Notes: generated from the letters alone by a model not told the origin. Positions 50,301 to 60,172 are shown, numbered from the whole stretch's first letter. The stretch is DNA of 63,618 bases, filler included, from Corallochytrium limacisporum Hawaii (GCA_002811645.1; 3 parts of 2 records of this genome joined end to end with filler, not necessarily neighbours in it); one strand, 5' to 3'. Made by a program: numbers and translations.

Positions 50301-53025
50301 CCAAGTGGTGCTTGCCTGTGTAAGTAGGCCACTTGACCACAGTGCGATTGGGCCCAATCTTCAAGATCGAGTACTCATTGATGACAGAGTCTTCAATCGA
50401 TGCATCGGCAAAGCGTCCATGAGCGGCGATAGATTCTGGCCACTTGATAGAGCCACCAAGCTGCATGTGTCCGACACCTTGCATATAGAGATTATCCTTC
50501 AATTCCTGGGCCATATTCGAAACCTCGCCATCTAACATCTTCGAGGCTTCAAAACTCTCCCTGCTCAGGATGCGCTCCTCATTGGTATTGCCATCACGGG
50601 CCACAACCACAAATTTCAAAGGATTGCAGTCAAAGAGCACATCCAAGATCATATCCTTTTGATTGGATGTTTGTAGATATGCACCATGTTCATCCAAAGT
50701 GAGACGCAGTAGCTCATTTAAATCATTCTCATGTTGAATATACAGAGCATAGATTTCATCCTTCCGGACTTTCATCCCTGGATCCAGCATGATCCGCACA
50801 GGATTCAAAGTAATCTGATATGATAGGATAGCTCTTTCAACGCGAAGCATGTCAAAGATCTCTTCTTTCTGGATATCCTGATGAACCACTTCGCCAAGCA
50901 AAGAACCTCGCACGCTTAGCTCCCGGGAAAAGGCCATAGAGGCCCGCATCGGCGAACTATCCCTACTGACAGGGGCCGAACTGCTAGCCATGCTCCTCCT
51001 TATTTCATTTGTTTGAATCTGGCAGTCAACTACCATGTGGCCCATTGATTTCAAAGAGTCCGGATTGATCATGTCAAGCTTCCAACCAGCAATACACTTT
51101 CCGAGTAGTGCTTCCCAGGCCATGAAACTTGTTGTAGCCACTGCACACCAATCCGAGTCCTTGTTGGAACTGGCCTTTTGCATAACGTTGATCACAATTT
51201 CATCTTCCCAAGAACGCAGACCAAACGGATCCAATTGCTGGAGCCACTTGGCCTCAATTTTCTTGTCATCTCGAACAGTTCTGGATTCCAAGACTCGGGA
51301 AGTTTGGACTTCATCTCGCACTCGAACACTTACATACAAGCTTTTCCGGTCGTGAGTACTCTGAGTGATTTGTGAAGTGACTAGAGCAAGAGATAGATTG
51401 CATTTTGGAACGGAGCCGGATCCGAAGCACACTCGGTTTTCTAAAGTTCGCATCTTCAACCACTTTTCCAGGGCCCGAGGTATCTCGTATGGTTCAGGCC
51501 TAACAGTCCATCCGGAAAGCTTGAGTTGGATGCCACCAACCTTGAAGCCAGGTATCTCCGCAATTAAAGGCAAGTGATAAGTCTTCTCCACTTCATAGTT
51601 GTGCTCAAAGTCCTCTACCCGAGCAATGCCCCTAGCAATAGTCTTGTCATTCATGTTTCGAACTTCAATTCTGAGGACGCTGTCGAGCTGGTTTATGTCC
51701 ATGACAAACTCTTCTCCGAAAGTGTAGTCGATCACATCGCTACCCAATGGAGTCTCGTAGTGTAAGGTTCCGGACTCAAGGGTGACATACAGATCTGGCA
51801 TTGCCACATCAGCCCTTGTCTGGATGCCTTCCAACTTGATGATCCGGGCATGCAAGAAGCCTCCCTGACGCGTCGCTGACATCTCACGGTAAACCCGTTC
51901 CAGTATTGACTTACACTTATCATAGTAAACGCTGGGGTCTTCGTAGTTGCTCTGCAGCTCTTGACTAATCACCGAATTCATGGATTTGAAGATCGACTGC
52001 CATGAAACATTCTCCTCGTGGCGCTCTTCAAATGTGGTAATCTCCCGTTCTAGTTCTACATCGTCATCACCCAGAACCTTGCGAGCGAGGCTCAATGCAC
52101 CCTGTCTGTCTTCCTCGAGGTCGAGCAGGAGATTAGAGACTGTGGATGGCATGTATACGCTTTGCTTAGCCAAAAGCGCCCGTACTGCCAAGTGGTACAG
52201 GCGATGGTTGGACGGTTCGTCACTACATACTGGATCTTGCAGATGTGACTTCTTTGTAGCTGTGACTCTGCGCAACCCTATCTTACCAATTTCAGAGGTC
52301 AAATTCCACTGGCTGTGGACGTTGTCGATCGTCAGATCGTATGCGTTGGCGTTCACAAGACCCGCGGTAAGATTCTCAATGTAGTCAAAAAGTTCCTTTA
52401 CGGTCCACTCCGCACAACCAACAATCATCGCACTTTCACCGGCTCCCAACCTGACTTCAATCATGACTTCGTTTTTGCTCGCTTCCAAAGGAACTAAACG
52501 GAAATCTCTGGTTTTGATGTCCCGCAGAATAGTGTCCATATCAAATGTCTCTGTACCTGCTCCATCCAGGGAAATTGTAAAGTGACTGCCATTTCTGCCC
52601 TTGCGATCCAGGACGTCATTCAGAATCTGGCGCAAGCTCTTATGAAGTTGCGCCCATTGTTTCGTACTGAAACCGTTCGGGAAATTGAATGTCACCAGGT
52701 CTGTCTGAAAGTCTGGGTGAACAACCAGCTTCAGGGAACTACACTGCTTGGGGTAATAAGCGCCTAGAACGATTTCAGGATGGACCTTTGTCCAGTTCTC
52801 CCCCTGTGGCATGAGAATGTGTTGGTCCGACTTGAGGTGCCGGTGCAAACACACCTTCTCCTGCAGGGTACCAAAATCCCATTGCGGACTTCCCCGAATG
52901 ATCGAAGTTGTTCCGTCCGGCAGAGCAATCGTAATCGGGGATAACCGGGACACGGTTTCTGTCCGTACCCTAACCATATTTCTTGGATATCTATTTCTAA
53001 ATCTGTTCTTGGATGCTACATCCAT
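47323..53025 (-). CDS. Large Munc13/BAIAP3-like MUN-domain protein with N-terminal RBD-like repeats and C2 domains
   Basis: Intronless ~1,900-aa ORF. MHD1-like QDNLVPVTDDATESSSVTDIM...IEWP, MHD2-like IFHGDGEGIP...PTQELVETY, and Unc13-tail-like LRVLAARTKDKEAQVF; two or three C2-like beta-sandwiches. Start at aacATGG (53025); the frame is open to 53097. Confidence 0.8.
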   Translation of the reverse strand: MDVASKNRFRNRYPRNMVRVRTETVSRLSPITIALPDGTTSIIRGSPQWDFGTLQEKVCLHRHLKSDQHILMPQGENWTKVHPEIVLGAYYPKQCSSLKLVVHPDFQTDLVTFNFPNGFSTKQWAQLHKSLRQILNDVLDRKGRNGSHFTISLDGAGTETFDMDTILRDIKTRDFRLVPLEASKNEVMIEVRLGAGESAMIVGCAEWTVKELFDYIENLTAGLVNANAYDLTIDNVHSQWNLTSEIGKIGLRRVTATKKSHLQDPVCSDEPSNHRLYHLAVRALLAKQSVYMPSTVSNLLLDLEEDRQGALSLARKVLGDDDVELEREITTFEERHEENVSWQSIFKSMNSVISQELQSNYEDPSVYYDKCKSILERVYREMSATRQGGFLHARIIKLEGIQTRADVAMPDLYVTLESGTLHYETPLGSDVIDYTFGEEFVMDINQLDSVLRIEVRNMNDKTIARGIARVEDFEHNYEVEKTYHLPLIAEIPGFKVGGIQLKLSGWTVRPEPYEIPRALEKWLKMRTLENRVCFGSGSVPKCNLSLALVTSQITQSTHDRKSLYVSVRVRDEVQTSRVLESRTVRDDKKIEAKWLQQLDPFGLRSWEDEIVINVMQKASSNKDSDWCAVATTSFMAWEALLGKCIAGWKLDMINPDSLKSMGHMVVDCQIQTNEIRRSMASSSAPVSRDSSPMRASMAFSRELSVRGSLLGEVVHQDIQKEEIFDMLRVERAILSYQITLNPVRIMLDPGMKVRKDEIYALYIQHENDLNELLRLTLDEHGAYLQTSNQKDMILDVLFDCNPLKFVVVARDGNTNEERILSRESFEASKMLDGEVSNMAQELKDNLYMQGVGHMQLGGSIKWPESIAAHGRFADASIEDSVINEYSILKIGPNRTVVKWPTYTGKHHLDNLPFQKTPEAFTRYMEMLGYDCGTSLNGRVYVSFSSDVDDCVYGDCIVFIDIRYVIIIPKKPSAGRVTIMKAKDVYMSAIREDTATLKYVIDGFTCATIMVTAPVKDLEQIDNQLTVKCDDDLEFDLRPLALWSTHVSTLHCGGSGAVVHKHHELEAPQGGVTIGVHPTSNIWLGESRVRVSQLQMALRAEGNGTTSSRDTLMNFAHLLNSAASLILSTMQEELSNVLEPAKHDPLADLSQIADALITAEASRRKTGSGMNCRLLSRESLLILEAYRQHHRLDQAELLEAVLLSYGGAQSNGTVDHKLIRDLIHRWQYWSEKMSRVLGHENQDVVCQVFNAVHRKIRDEIRTLHQTFAADPMSLYDSLKLLQFIESMPEYEIWLFAEPERITNTYKRSSIPGLSVELQGLLRENFNLIGKTHFSKVMRKRGDLSVADVTLPMVNFAKSLIADVKIYNPLLQPFCNYLDLKMSVILDRVDEKIIRRILDIENVDGTGFFEAFYLMRGIIDESENSNFPCPNARSALCRLYRPFVTARLERSRRRMGSMVQLALSQDNLVPVTDDATESSSVTDIMAILSAHRDLVEEIEWPEQDMRAHMHFTMASITNLAIKEYTAQIASIISTKITKLGRLRESEASKVHDLHRCFTILNNLFVLHCRLGNMKKECEDRGIGHHAQGQRALGLYGDSVLHVESFLNNHAYVAIAEKISDPITKALANSIVEGKGNDAEENAFTAILNVIPVFGRNRADEVCNKSLARLHKSQSRLAMNRHGSDLSIDSTDGAEMEANGAAGRHAHKGKRKGNRGRAGTRIALSTVAQDKSPYNNPIMQHLETIMECMVGFLRETLFPSMISILWNRMLLQFETRCLPSSGSKGAQKVVLKKLSNQEIHGIQTVFEDTVFIFHGDGEGIPMEELRTQRFLNITRTLQSILTPTQELVETYFELRDRAPGRAEFCLRVLAARTKDKEAQVFHADAQKMAPSDLFVKYHLSSPT

Positions 53026-53938
53026 GTTTCGTACATTAATGCGTAAGGGACATCCCAAATCCGGAATCAAGTACCTTGAAATTGAAACACAGGCCACTGA
53101 TTACGATCCAAGGAGACTGTTTTCTAATTACTTATTATTGTAGTGCCGAACGGTTAACATGTTAAAGGGCGTAGCTAGGGCGAACAGACTGAGAACACAT
53201 CGAGCACACATCCCCCAGTGGCTGTCCCTCGCAGAAAATGGTAAGATGCGAAAACGCGTCCTCGGCTTCTCGTCCGCTGAGGGGTATCGAGCTGCCTATT
53301 GGCTGCCCGCTGATCGGCGCAATTTCCATAGTCAACATGAGGCAGAAAAATTTCGAATCGGTCGGAAAGCGGGGGAGGGCCAAGAGTGGGTGCGGAAGGG
53401 GGACTACAGCTGACACGAAATCTTCCCCGAACACGCTTCCCCGGGCTGGGAAGGAGGGTTGGCGGGTTGCTATAGTGAGACCCGGCGTAGTGTCCTGTGC
53501 ACTACGTTGGCGAAAATCAGTACACTTATTACTGACGCGGTCCCTTGCCACTGAACACCGAGGGTGCGTACCGAATAATATCGCAGGGGTGGGTTAAATC
53601 ATTTTTGCGCATTTGATATACGTACATAGAAAATCTCCAAAAGTTGGGCGGGCATAGTACATTCACTATGCAAAGATACGCCGCCTGGTACATTCAGTAC
53701 CACAGTCAGTTTCGTCCTATAATTTCGAGCTTGAAGTGGCCTGGTTTTACGGCATTTCATGATACCGCCACCCCTCGTCACGGCGTCTATAGTGGCACAG
53801 GTGAGGTTAACTGCGATCTGGCTTTCATGATCCCTGTGTAACTGCCTTGGTTGGAGCACTTCAAAAGTAGAGACCTAACACTTAAAGTAACATCTTGAAA
53901 CCGTTGCGTACAGATCTGTTCAGAGTGCAGAGAATACT

Positions 53939-54800
53939 AGTGTTCCGATATCGAAAATGGGTTGCGAGCCTAATGATCCTCGCGGTGGGGGGGGTCCTAT
54001 TCGGACCAGACATCACAGCACAGATCCTTGACCATCACGGTTATGATTCATAGTCATCAAAGCAAGATGGAAGACTGGGATGTGCGACGCGATGGACGCG
54101 TTGTAATTGTGTTCTCAGCATCCAATTATTACCGACCTGATTCCAATCTTGGAGCATACTGCACTGTTGAGCCAAATCTTGACTACAAATGTGTGACTTT
54201 CGCATCAATGCATACGAATGTATCCAAGAAACTCAAAGGTAAAGTGGATCCTATGACCATGAAGATCCATGCATTACTCAAGGGTCATCGTCGAGACCTT
54301 TTGGTTGAGTCCAGAAGTACGATCCAAGTGACTGTGGGTATATTAGAGCAGCACACTGGGTCAAGGTCTTGGAGTGTGTAGTGCCCCTAAAGGTACCGTG
54401 GACGAGCATGCGCCTTGAGCTCACCATTCATGGAGCAACCGAGGGAGACGTAGATTGTGTGAGCACTTTTGGCGATCAGATCGCCATCATCAAATCCGGA
54501 GGGACACTTATGGACACAGTTTACCGCCGCAAAGATCAACTCGAAGGCACTTTCCGGATTATGGATGCCGACGATAGCGGTACTCTCACATTTGATGAGG
54601 TCGAGTTTGCCTGCAAGCTGCTCAACAAACACATGGATAACCCATTCTCTAAAGAGGATGTTGAGGGCCTCGCGAGAGCAACGGATATCAACGGTGACGG
54701 AGTCATCGACCTCAATGAGTTCCTGGAGAGCTTCCGCCTGACAGACACTGTGTCAATCACAGCTGCGTCAGAGCACGGCACCGGTCAAGGACTTCAGTAG
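53939..54800 (+). pseudogene. 5'-truncated, frameshifted PPEF/rdgC-type Ser/Thr phosphatase with intact C-terminal EF hands
   Basis: Collinear PPEF segments separated by three frameshifts (~53990, ~54042, ~54310): GCEPNDPRGGG, VLFGPDIT, IHSHQ..DGRVVIVFSASNYY..SNLGAY, and QKYDPSDCG..W..VPW. Canonical EF loops DADDSGTLTFDE and DINGDGVIDLNE follow. Confidence 0.85.
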
Positions 54801-54879
54801 AGAATTAGATTTCTAATCATGATACGTAAAGGATAAATACGGAATTATCTTCACAGTTCCAAGACATACAACACTTTGC

Positions 54880-55299
54880 CTAATCGAAGTCGCTGTCGCT
54901 GTCCTTGCCGGCCTTCAGGTCATCTTCCAGCTCTCCGAGGATGTCATCGTCGTCATCATCGAATGCACGGCGCTCAAACTTCACTCCACTGCTCGACTTC
55001 TTAGAGCCCGCGTCAATCTGCTCCAGCATACTAACTAACTGCTTCTCTGTAAGTTTTCCAGCAAGACGGCCACCCCGCGCCATCGAAACAATCATTCCCT
55101 CAAGCTCCTTGGCCTTTTCTGGCTTTACCATGGCAATGGTGTTCAGACGGGCGCGAGCTTCCTGATCAAGGAAATTGGCCAGGAAGGAAGCCCGCATCTC
55201 TTCTGCCTTCTCGGCCTGCTCTTGCATCTGACGACGCTTTTCATCGTCACCGGAACCGCCGCCGATTTGTTTCATCTGACTAATGTCAATGTTATCCAT
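54880..55299 (-). CDS. PDCD5: Programmed cell death protein 5 (PDCD5) homologue
   Basis: EEMRASFLANFLDQEARARLNTIAMVKPEKAK...LTEKQLVSMLEQI...VKFERR followed by an acidic tail. Confidence 0.93.
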   Translation of the reverse strand: MDNIDISQMKQIGGGSGDDEKRRQMQEQAEKAEEMRASFLANFLDQEARARLNTIAMVKPEKAKELEGMIVSMARGGRLAGKLTEKQLVSMLEQIDAGSKKSSSGVKFERRAFDDDDDDILGELEDDLKAGKDSDSDFD

Positions 55300-55661
55300 T
55301 GTTTCTCTTTTTCTTTACTTGTAATTTATCTGTATGTTCTACTTTCACATCACAGTACTCTCACAGAAAAAGTGTCGGTTGAATGTTCGTATCTGTACGA
55401 CTTATCCAGCTATTGGCTCTTTTGTACTCCAAAGTGCTGTACGTGACTATGAAATACCGGACCTTGGGCAGAATCAAGGTACCAGCCCGCCTGGCCGCCT
55501 CTGCCCCCATAATGGCAGGGGAACACTTGCGCAAGCGGAAAAAAGCCAAGCAATGTTAAGAGAACAATCAATACAGCGGGGGGGTTGCCTACGTCAGTGT
55601 CTGAAGGAATTGAAGACAGATCAATTGGAAAGTATATGGGTTCTATTCATTGTTGTCATAT

Positions 55662-58600
55662 TCATTTGTCCGGATCTGGCAGTACAATGCGTATGCTATC
55701 TGTGATCGTTCCATCTGTGACCCTTAGATAGACCTCTTTGACCTTTCCACCCAGAGCCGGTGACATACCGTGCCAAATGACATTCAATTCCATTTCATTA
55801 TTTGCCTCCAGGACTCCCACCTGTGTGAATTCAAGATCTTCATCATCTGGCACGCACATGACATTGAAAGGCACAGTCACATTGCTGAGATTCACAAGCC
55901 TAATCGCTTGTTCTCTCGGCCCCGTGTCAAAGCGCAGTGGAGCATGATCTGCAATAGTAAGGTGCTCTTTGCGCCCGAGACCGCTCAACTGTACATTGAC
56001 ACGCAGTAAACCTCCATCGGCAACTGCAACCAGTTCGCTGGCATAAGAACCAGCAGCTCGCGGGTGGAAACCGACAGGCAGTTTGACGAACGATTGTGGG
56101 CCCAGTACGATACTGCGGTGGACAATGTGGAATGGAGGTTCCGGTGTACCAATTGTATAAGTCACTTCCTCGTTCAGCGGGTTTTCCATTCGAACCTTCA
56201 AGACCCGACTATTCCCAACCAGCGTGGGACCGTACTCTAGATCAATAGTGGACTCCTTGATGCTGGGATGATAGTGGGTTGCTGGTGCCACCTGGGCAGG
56301 TTGACGCTCCCCGGCGAGCAGAGACTGCGGCGCGTTGCGCAGGTAGGGAGACGGAACCCGCTGGTCCGTCACTTGGAAGAGGCCAGATGTCTGACCATGA
56401 GTGTGAACATCTTCCTTCCATTGCAGCTTTGTCGTTCCGATAGCCTTAATGAGAAAACGCTCCTTCGCAATGTCGCCATCCCGATCTTGCCAAATGATGT
56501 CCCATGTCTGCACATAAATACCTTCCTTCAAAGGTCTAAAACTGATCGGTATGGTCTCCTTTGCAGCAGCGCGCACGCAGCCATCCTTCCACGCCATTGT
56601 ATAGACGTCATACTTGAGACGGAACACTGTATTTCCGAGATCAGGGTTGCGCAAGGCGCTCGTGATATCATACAGATATGCGGGAGCAAGCTCCTTAACG
56701 GAATACATGCGGGGGAGATCAATTGCACTATTATCAACCAAGATCTCAGCTTTCTTCACTTCGCCTACCTCTACTTCACCGATGTCCAAGACGGGCAGAC
56801 CGATGTCTCGATGATTCGAGTCTAATGCAGCGACCGTGTGGTGCAAAGAGGCGTTGATCTCACTACCACACTCGTCCTCAGACTCTACGTCAGATGGTGG
56901 CATATCAACTGGGAATCGAATCGTCATGTTGGTCTTTCGAACATTTTCCTTTAGATCGCGCAAGATATGGTCCAATGAGCAATCTTTGATGGTGTGCTCC
57001 GGGACCGTCAATCTGCTTGGATCCAAACCACTCACCAAATGACGCGTGAACTTCATATACGTCTCACTGGCAAATTGCAAATTCGCCGATTTTTGGATCA
57101 GCCGCGCCAAGTGCGACAAGTCACCATAGTGTAGGGTCAGCAATTCCTCATGAGGAAGTGCTGCATCATAGTCCACTTTCTCGCGTTTGATTCTGATCTG
57201 CTTTGAATCACCGGCTTCTAGGATGATCTTGTTCTCACTGTACTCTAGAGTATGTGTCCGGGCCCCTTTACGGCTACCAGACTCGTCATCCACTAGGAAA
57301 CCTGCCGTACGACTGTCCAATATGATGAATGCAGCCCGATCCCCCGTGTTCTCCACTGTGAAGGTAAAATCGTCCGGGATGTCCGCCCGAGCATAGTACC
57401 CATTTGGGCCCGCAGCCAGCTGAGGTGCGATAATATTGCTCTGTCCACAGAAGGCAATGATGGGTATGCGAAGAACGGTGTTAATATCGTTGGCTCTCTT
57501 TAAATCAAGTTTCAACCAAGCATTGACAACAGCGGCACGGAAAGCAGTCAAGGTTACCTCCAAAACAATGATGGAATGGCCACGAACTGCCAGCGCACTG
57601 TTCTTGCCATAGTCTGCTGTATCGATCGAAATCTCGTAGTTCTCTGTTCGCAATCGTTGCACTTTTTCCAGCCCTTCTACAGTCTCGACCTTTGGCACCA
57701 TGCTTGCACGCCCTTCTGACTCGTTCCGGATAGTGATCTTCAACGTATGACTTGTCTGCAGTGGTACGGTTGAAAAGTCCAAATATGTTTGATCCGCCAG
57801 CATACGAACAGACGCCTTCTCCAGGTGACCAAGCCGTTCCTTGACAGATCGACTTTGCTGTCCATCAAATAACTCAGGATTCTTTGACATCACTTCCATC
57901 ATGACTTCCTCTTCGAGAGTTATTCCACTGAGAACAATTTCACTTGATTTAGAGTCTGGTTCATAAGATAGAACTGCCACCGCTGTGATCTTCTTGCCAA
58001 CCATTTGTGAGGTCACTATGCCCTTATCGACAAAGTAGAACTTCAACGGTCTAGTCTCACCGGGCGCAATATCGATATTCTCCTTTTCAACTCGGAAGCG
58101 ACTCCTTCCATTGCCCTGGACCTTGACTTGGAGACTGGCCGTTACATTACCGGCATTGCGGACAGGAACTTCCCTTTCCGCTGAGATCTCATTGGTGCCC
58201 TTGATCATGAAAAGGTGGTGGCATGATCGAGGTATCTGCAATCGACATCTTGCAGGTTCTGCTGCCACTGGCAAGGTGCCAACAATGTACCAGGACAAGG
58301 GATCAATAACAGTGGACATTTCAATAAAGACCTTGGCCTGACATACACCACCTTTCGCAGACAAAGCGGTATCTTGGGCTGGGTCAAACAAAATGCACAG
58401 TCGCAGAGTGCCATGTGTGTAAGTGTCATCAATCTGTTGAGGATCGAGGACTGGCAAAGAGACCACAGTGCCTATATCATTCTTTAGTCGAGATTGCAAT
58501 TCGAAGGGGCCATCTTGGATGCGGGCTCGAAACGTTGGCATCTCATTCCCATTGGAAACTGCAACGTCCACTACGACACCGTACGGCAATTTTCGAGAGC

Positions 58601-59051
58601 CTTTACAAATTCCATAATCCACTGCTGTCACCTCGTGTCCCATTTCAGCATCTCTAAAGATTAGCATTGTAGCGGATGCGACTGCCGCAGAATCCGCAAC
58701 GTCGGCGTCAGCGGCAACCCCATTGAAAATCGGTTCGTCCTCTACTGCGATTCCCGTTGCAGCACGTACTACACCACTGACAGTGGTTGATTCCATCAGC
58801 CTGTCCAAGTACGCTTCGTAGTCCGCTTGAGCCACGTCAGGGCTTCTTGGCTGGCTGAGACTCGGCGAACGGCTTCGCTTTGGTGGTTCCACTTTCGTCT
58901 TCAAAGACTGGACCAAATCTTCCTCTCCAGTCTTGTATAGTCGCCTGCTATCCCACGGGTTCGGTGAGGCCGGCCCGTTCTTCCCATAGAGCTGGTTAAC
59001 CAAAGCATCTGCTTCAGCCACCGCCTTCACGACACTGTCATCCGCCGACAT
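55662..59051 (-). CDS. CEP192: CEP192/SPD-2-like centrosomal protein with tandem ASH (PapD-like) domains
   Basis: Repeated ASH-type motifs (VPVRNAGN, LDFSTVPL..ITIRN, VENTGDRAAFI, IPIIAFCGQSNI) and GNSRVLKVRMEN..PEPPFHIVH...VKLPVGFHP..AGSY, matching the recalled CEP192 C-terminal domains. The start is uncertain. Confidence 0.78.
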   Translation of the reverse strand: MSADDSVVKAVAEADALVNQLYGKNGPASPNPWDSRRLYKTGEEDLVQSLKTKVEPPKRSRSPSLSQPRSPDVAQADYEAYLDRLMESTTVSGVVRAATGIAVEDEPIFNGVAADADVADSAAVASATMLIFRDAEMGHEVTAVDYGICKGSRKLPYGVVVDVAVSNGNEMPTFRARIQDGPFELQSRLKNDIGTVVSLPVLDPQQIDDTYTHGTLRLCILFDPAQDTALSAKGGVCQAKVFIEMSTVIDPLSWYIVGTLPVAAEPARCRLQIPRSCHHLFMIKGTNEISAEREVPVRNAGNVTASLQVKVQGNGRSRFRVEKENIDIAPGETRPLKFYFVDKGIVTSQMVGKKITAVAVLSYEPDSKSSEIVLSGITLEEEVMMEVMSKNPELFDGQQSRSVKERLGHLEKASVRMLADQTYLDFSTVPLQTSHTLKITIRNESEGRASMVPKVETVEGLEKVQRLRTENYEISIDTADYGKNSALAVRGHSIIVLEVTLTAFRAAVVNAWLKLDLKRANDINTVLRIPIIAFCGQSNIIAPQLAAGPNGYYARADIPDDFTFTVENTGDRAAFIILDSRTAGFLVDDESGSRKGARTHTLEYSENKIILEAGDSKQIRIKREKVDYDAALPHEELLTLHYGDLSHLARLIQKSANLQFASETYMKFTRHLVSGLDPSRLTVPEHTIKDCSLDHILRDLKENVRKTNMTIRFPVDMPPSDVESEDECGSEINASLHHTVAALDSNHRDIGLPVLDIGEVEVGEVKKAEILVDNSAIDLPRMYSVKELAPAYLYDITSALRNPDLGNTVFRLKYDVYTMAWKDGCVRAAAKETIPISFRPLKEGIYVQTWDIIWQDRDGDIAKERFLIKAIGTTKLQWKEDVHTHGQTSGLFQVTDQRVPSPYLRNAPQSLLAGERQPAQVAPATHYHPSIKESTIDLEYGPTLVGNSRVLKVRMENPLNEEVTYTIGTPEPPFHIVHRSIVLGPQSFVKLPVGFHPRAAGSYASELVAVADGGLLRVNVQLSGLGRKEHLTIADHAPLRFDTGPREQAIRLVNLSNVTVPFNVMCVPDDEDLEFTQVGVLEANNEMELNVIWHGMSPALGGKVKEVYLRVTDGTITDSIRIVLPDPDK

Positions 59052-59533
59052 GGCTATCCGTGCCACGGTTGAGCATCTCCTCAGTCACATGACACTCTTT
59101 CAGCGCTGATCTCACACCTGCAGGTCAATTAACAGTCTTGAGCACACCCAGTTGAGTAAGATACAAGGTGCTCAAAGTGATACACCTTTCTGGGTCCTCG
59201 CACGTTTCAAATTGGTCGCCACTTGATGGCCGACCAAACACTTGAAAGTGCCCCCCAGTCAGGCTTACGGAGAGGTCAATCTTGGGCAATGGCAACAACC
59301 CACTCATGCCTGAGCTTTATTCCCGCGCACATTTCTTGTTGTGCTATAGCGAAAGTACTGAAAGCAAGAATCCCTCGGGGGGTCCTTTTTCCATACCCAG
59401 AGAGCAAATTGACTGCCTCTCAGTTCTCAGATGACAAAGGCAGCCCAAAGAGCTGGTAGGGGGTACCACCCTCTGTCTGGGAATATTGTATCAAATCTAC
59501 TCATTTTGATTTAGCTCTGCCGTCGCTTGGGAG

Positions 59534-59633
59534 NNNNNNNNNNNNNNNNNNNNNNNNNNNNNNNNNNNNNNNNNNNNTTAATTAATTAANNNNNNNNNNN
59601 NNNNNNNNNNNNNNNNNNNNNNNNNNNNNNNNN
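59534..59633. other. Artificial scaffold linker (44 N + TTAATTAATTAA + 44 N)
   Basis: Same 100-nt construct as at 29490-29589. Confidence 0.97.
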
Positions 59634-60090
59634 GGGGGGGAAGGGGGGGGGGGATTTGAAGGCGACGACCCGAATACTTTAGCAGACTCCACTGCTCGCA
59701 CTCTCTTCCTTCGCTCTCTCGTGTCTCTTGTGGTTTCTCTCACCCCGCGGACTAAGAACGCGTCTCATCGGACTTAGGTGCGCTGAATTTCCCAAGAGTG
59801 CAATACTCAGCAGGAGTCAGCTGTACAATGAATATTTCGCTGTTCAGCCCACGCCATCCACAATTTATTGTGTCTCTTCTCACATCTACCGGGAGGGGTG
59901 TGGCACCAAAATCTCGTAGCCCTCCCAAAGAAAGAAGGTACAGGCAAACGGCCATGAGGAGCAAAAGCTTAAGACCACGGACAAGCAGACTAGGGATTTT
60001 TCTCTGAGAGACGTAGTAAAGATCTTTCAAATATGCCGCACATCTCCGCTCCTCCCCCTCGGGGAAGGCCCCCGGGGGGGGGGTGGGGGG

Positions 60091-60172
60091 ATCCTGTGCG
60101 GGCGGCTCTGTGTGTATGTGCGTGGGGGGGGGGGGGGGATCCTGTGCGGGCGGCTCTGTGTGTATGTGCGTG
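60091..60172. repeat. Direct repeat of a 34-nt unit (ATCCTGTGCGGGCGGCTCTGTGTGTATGTGCGTG), period 48, separated by a G run
   Basis: Identical copies at 60091-60124 and 60139-60172. Confidence 0.85.

Noticed and set aside
53731-53864. TTGAAGTG...CACTTCAA inverted repeat enclosing short stems (possible MITE or ncRNA)
   Set aside because: An 8-bp arm at this spacing is expected many times by chance; there is no target-site duplication or RNA-family motif.
40450-54800. Idea of a photoreception locus (RDH-like SDRs plus rdgC-like phosphatase)
   Set aside because: No opsin or carotenoid oxygenase is present, the genes are ~9 kb apart with unrelated genes between them, and the phosphatase is broken.
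30267-59051. Stop-codon readthrough or cryptic peroxisomal signals after the enzyme genes
   Set aside because: The stops I checked (OYE, SDR copies 2 and 3, CEP192-like) lack the TGA-CTA context and give no SKL-like extension.
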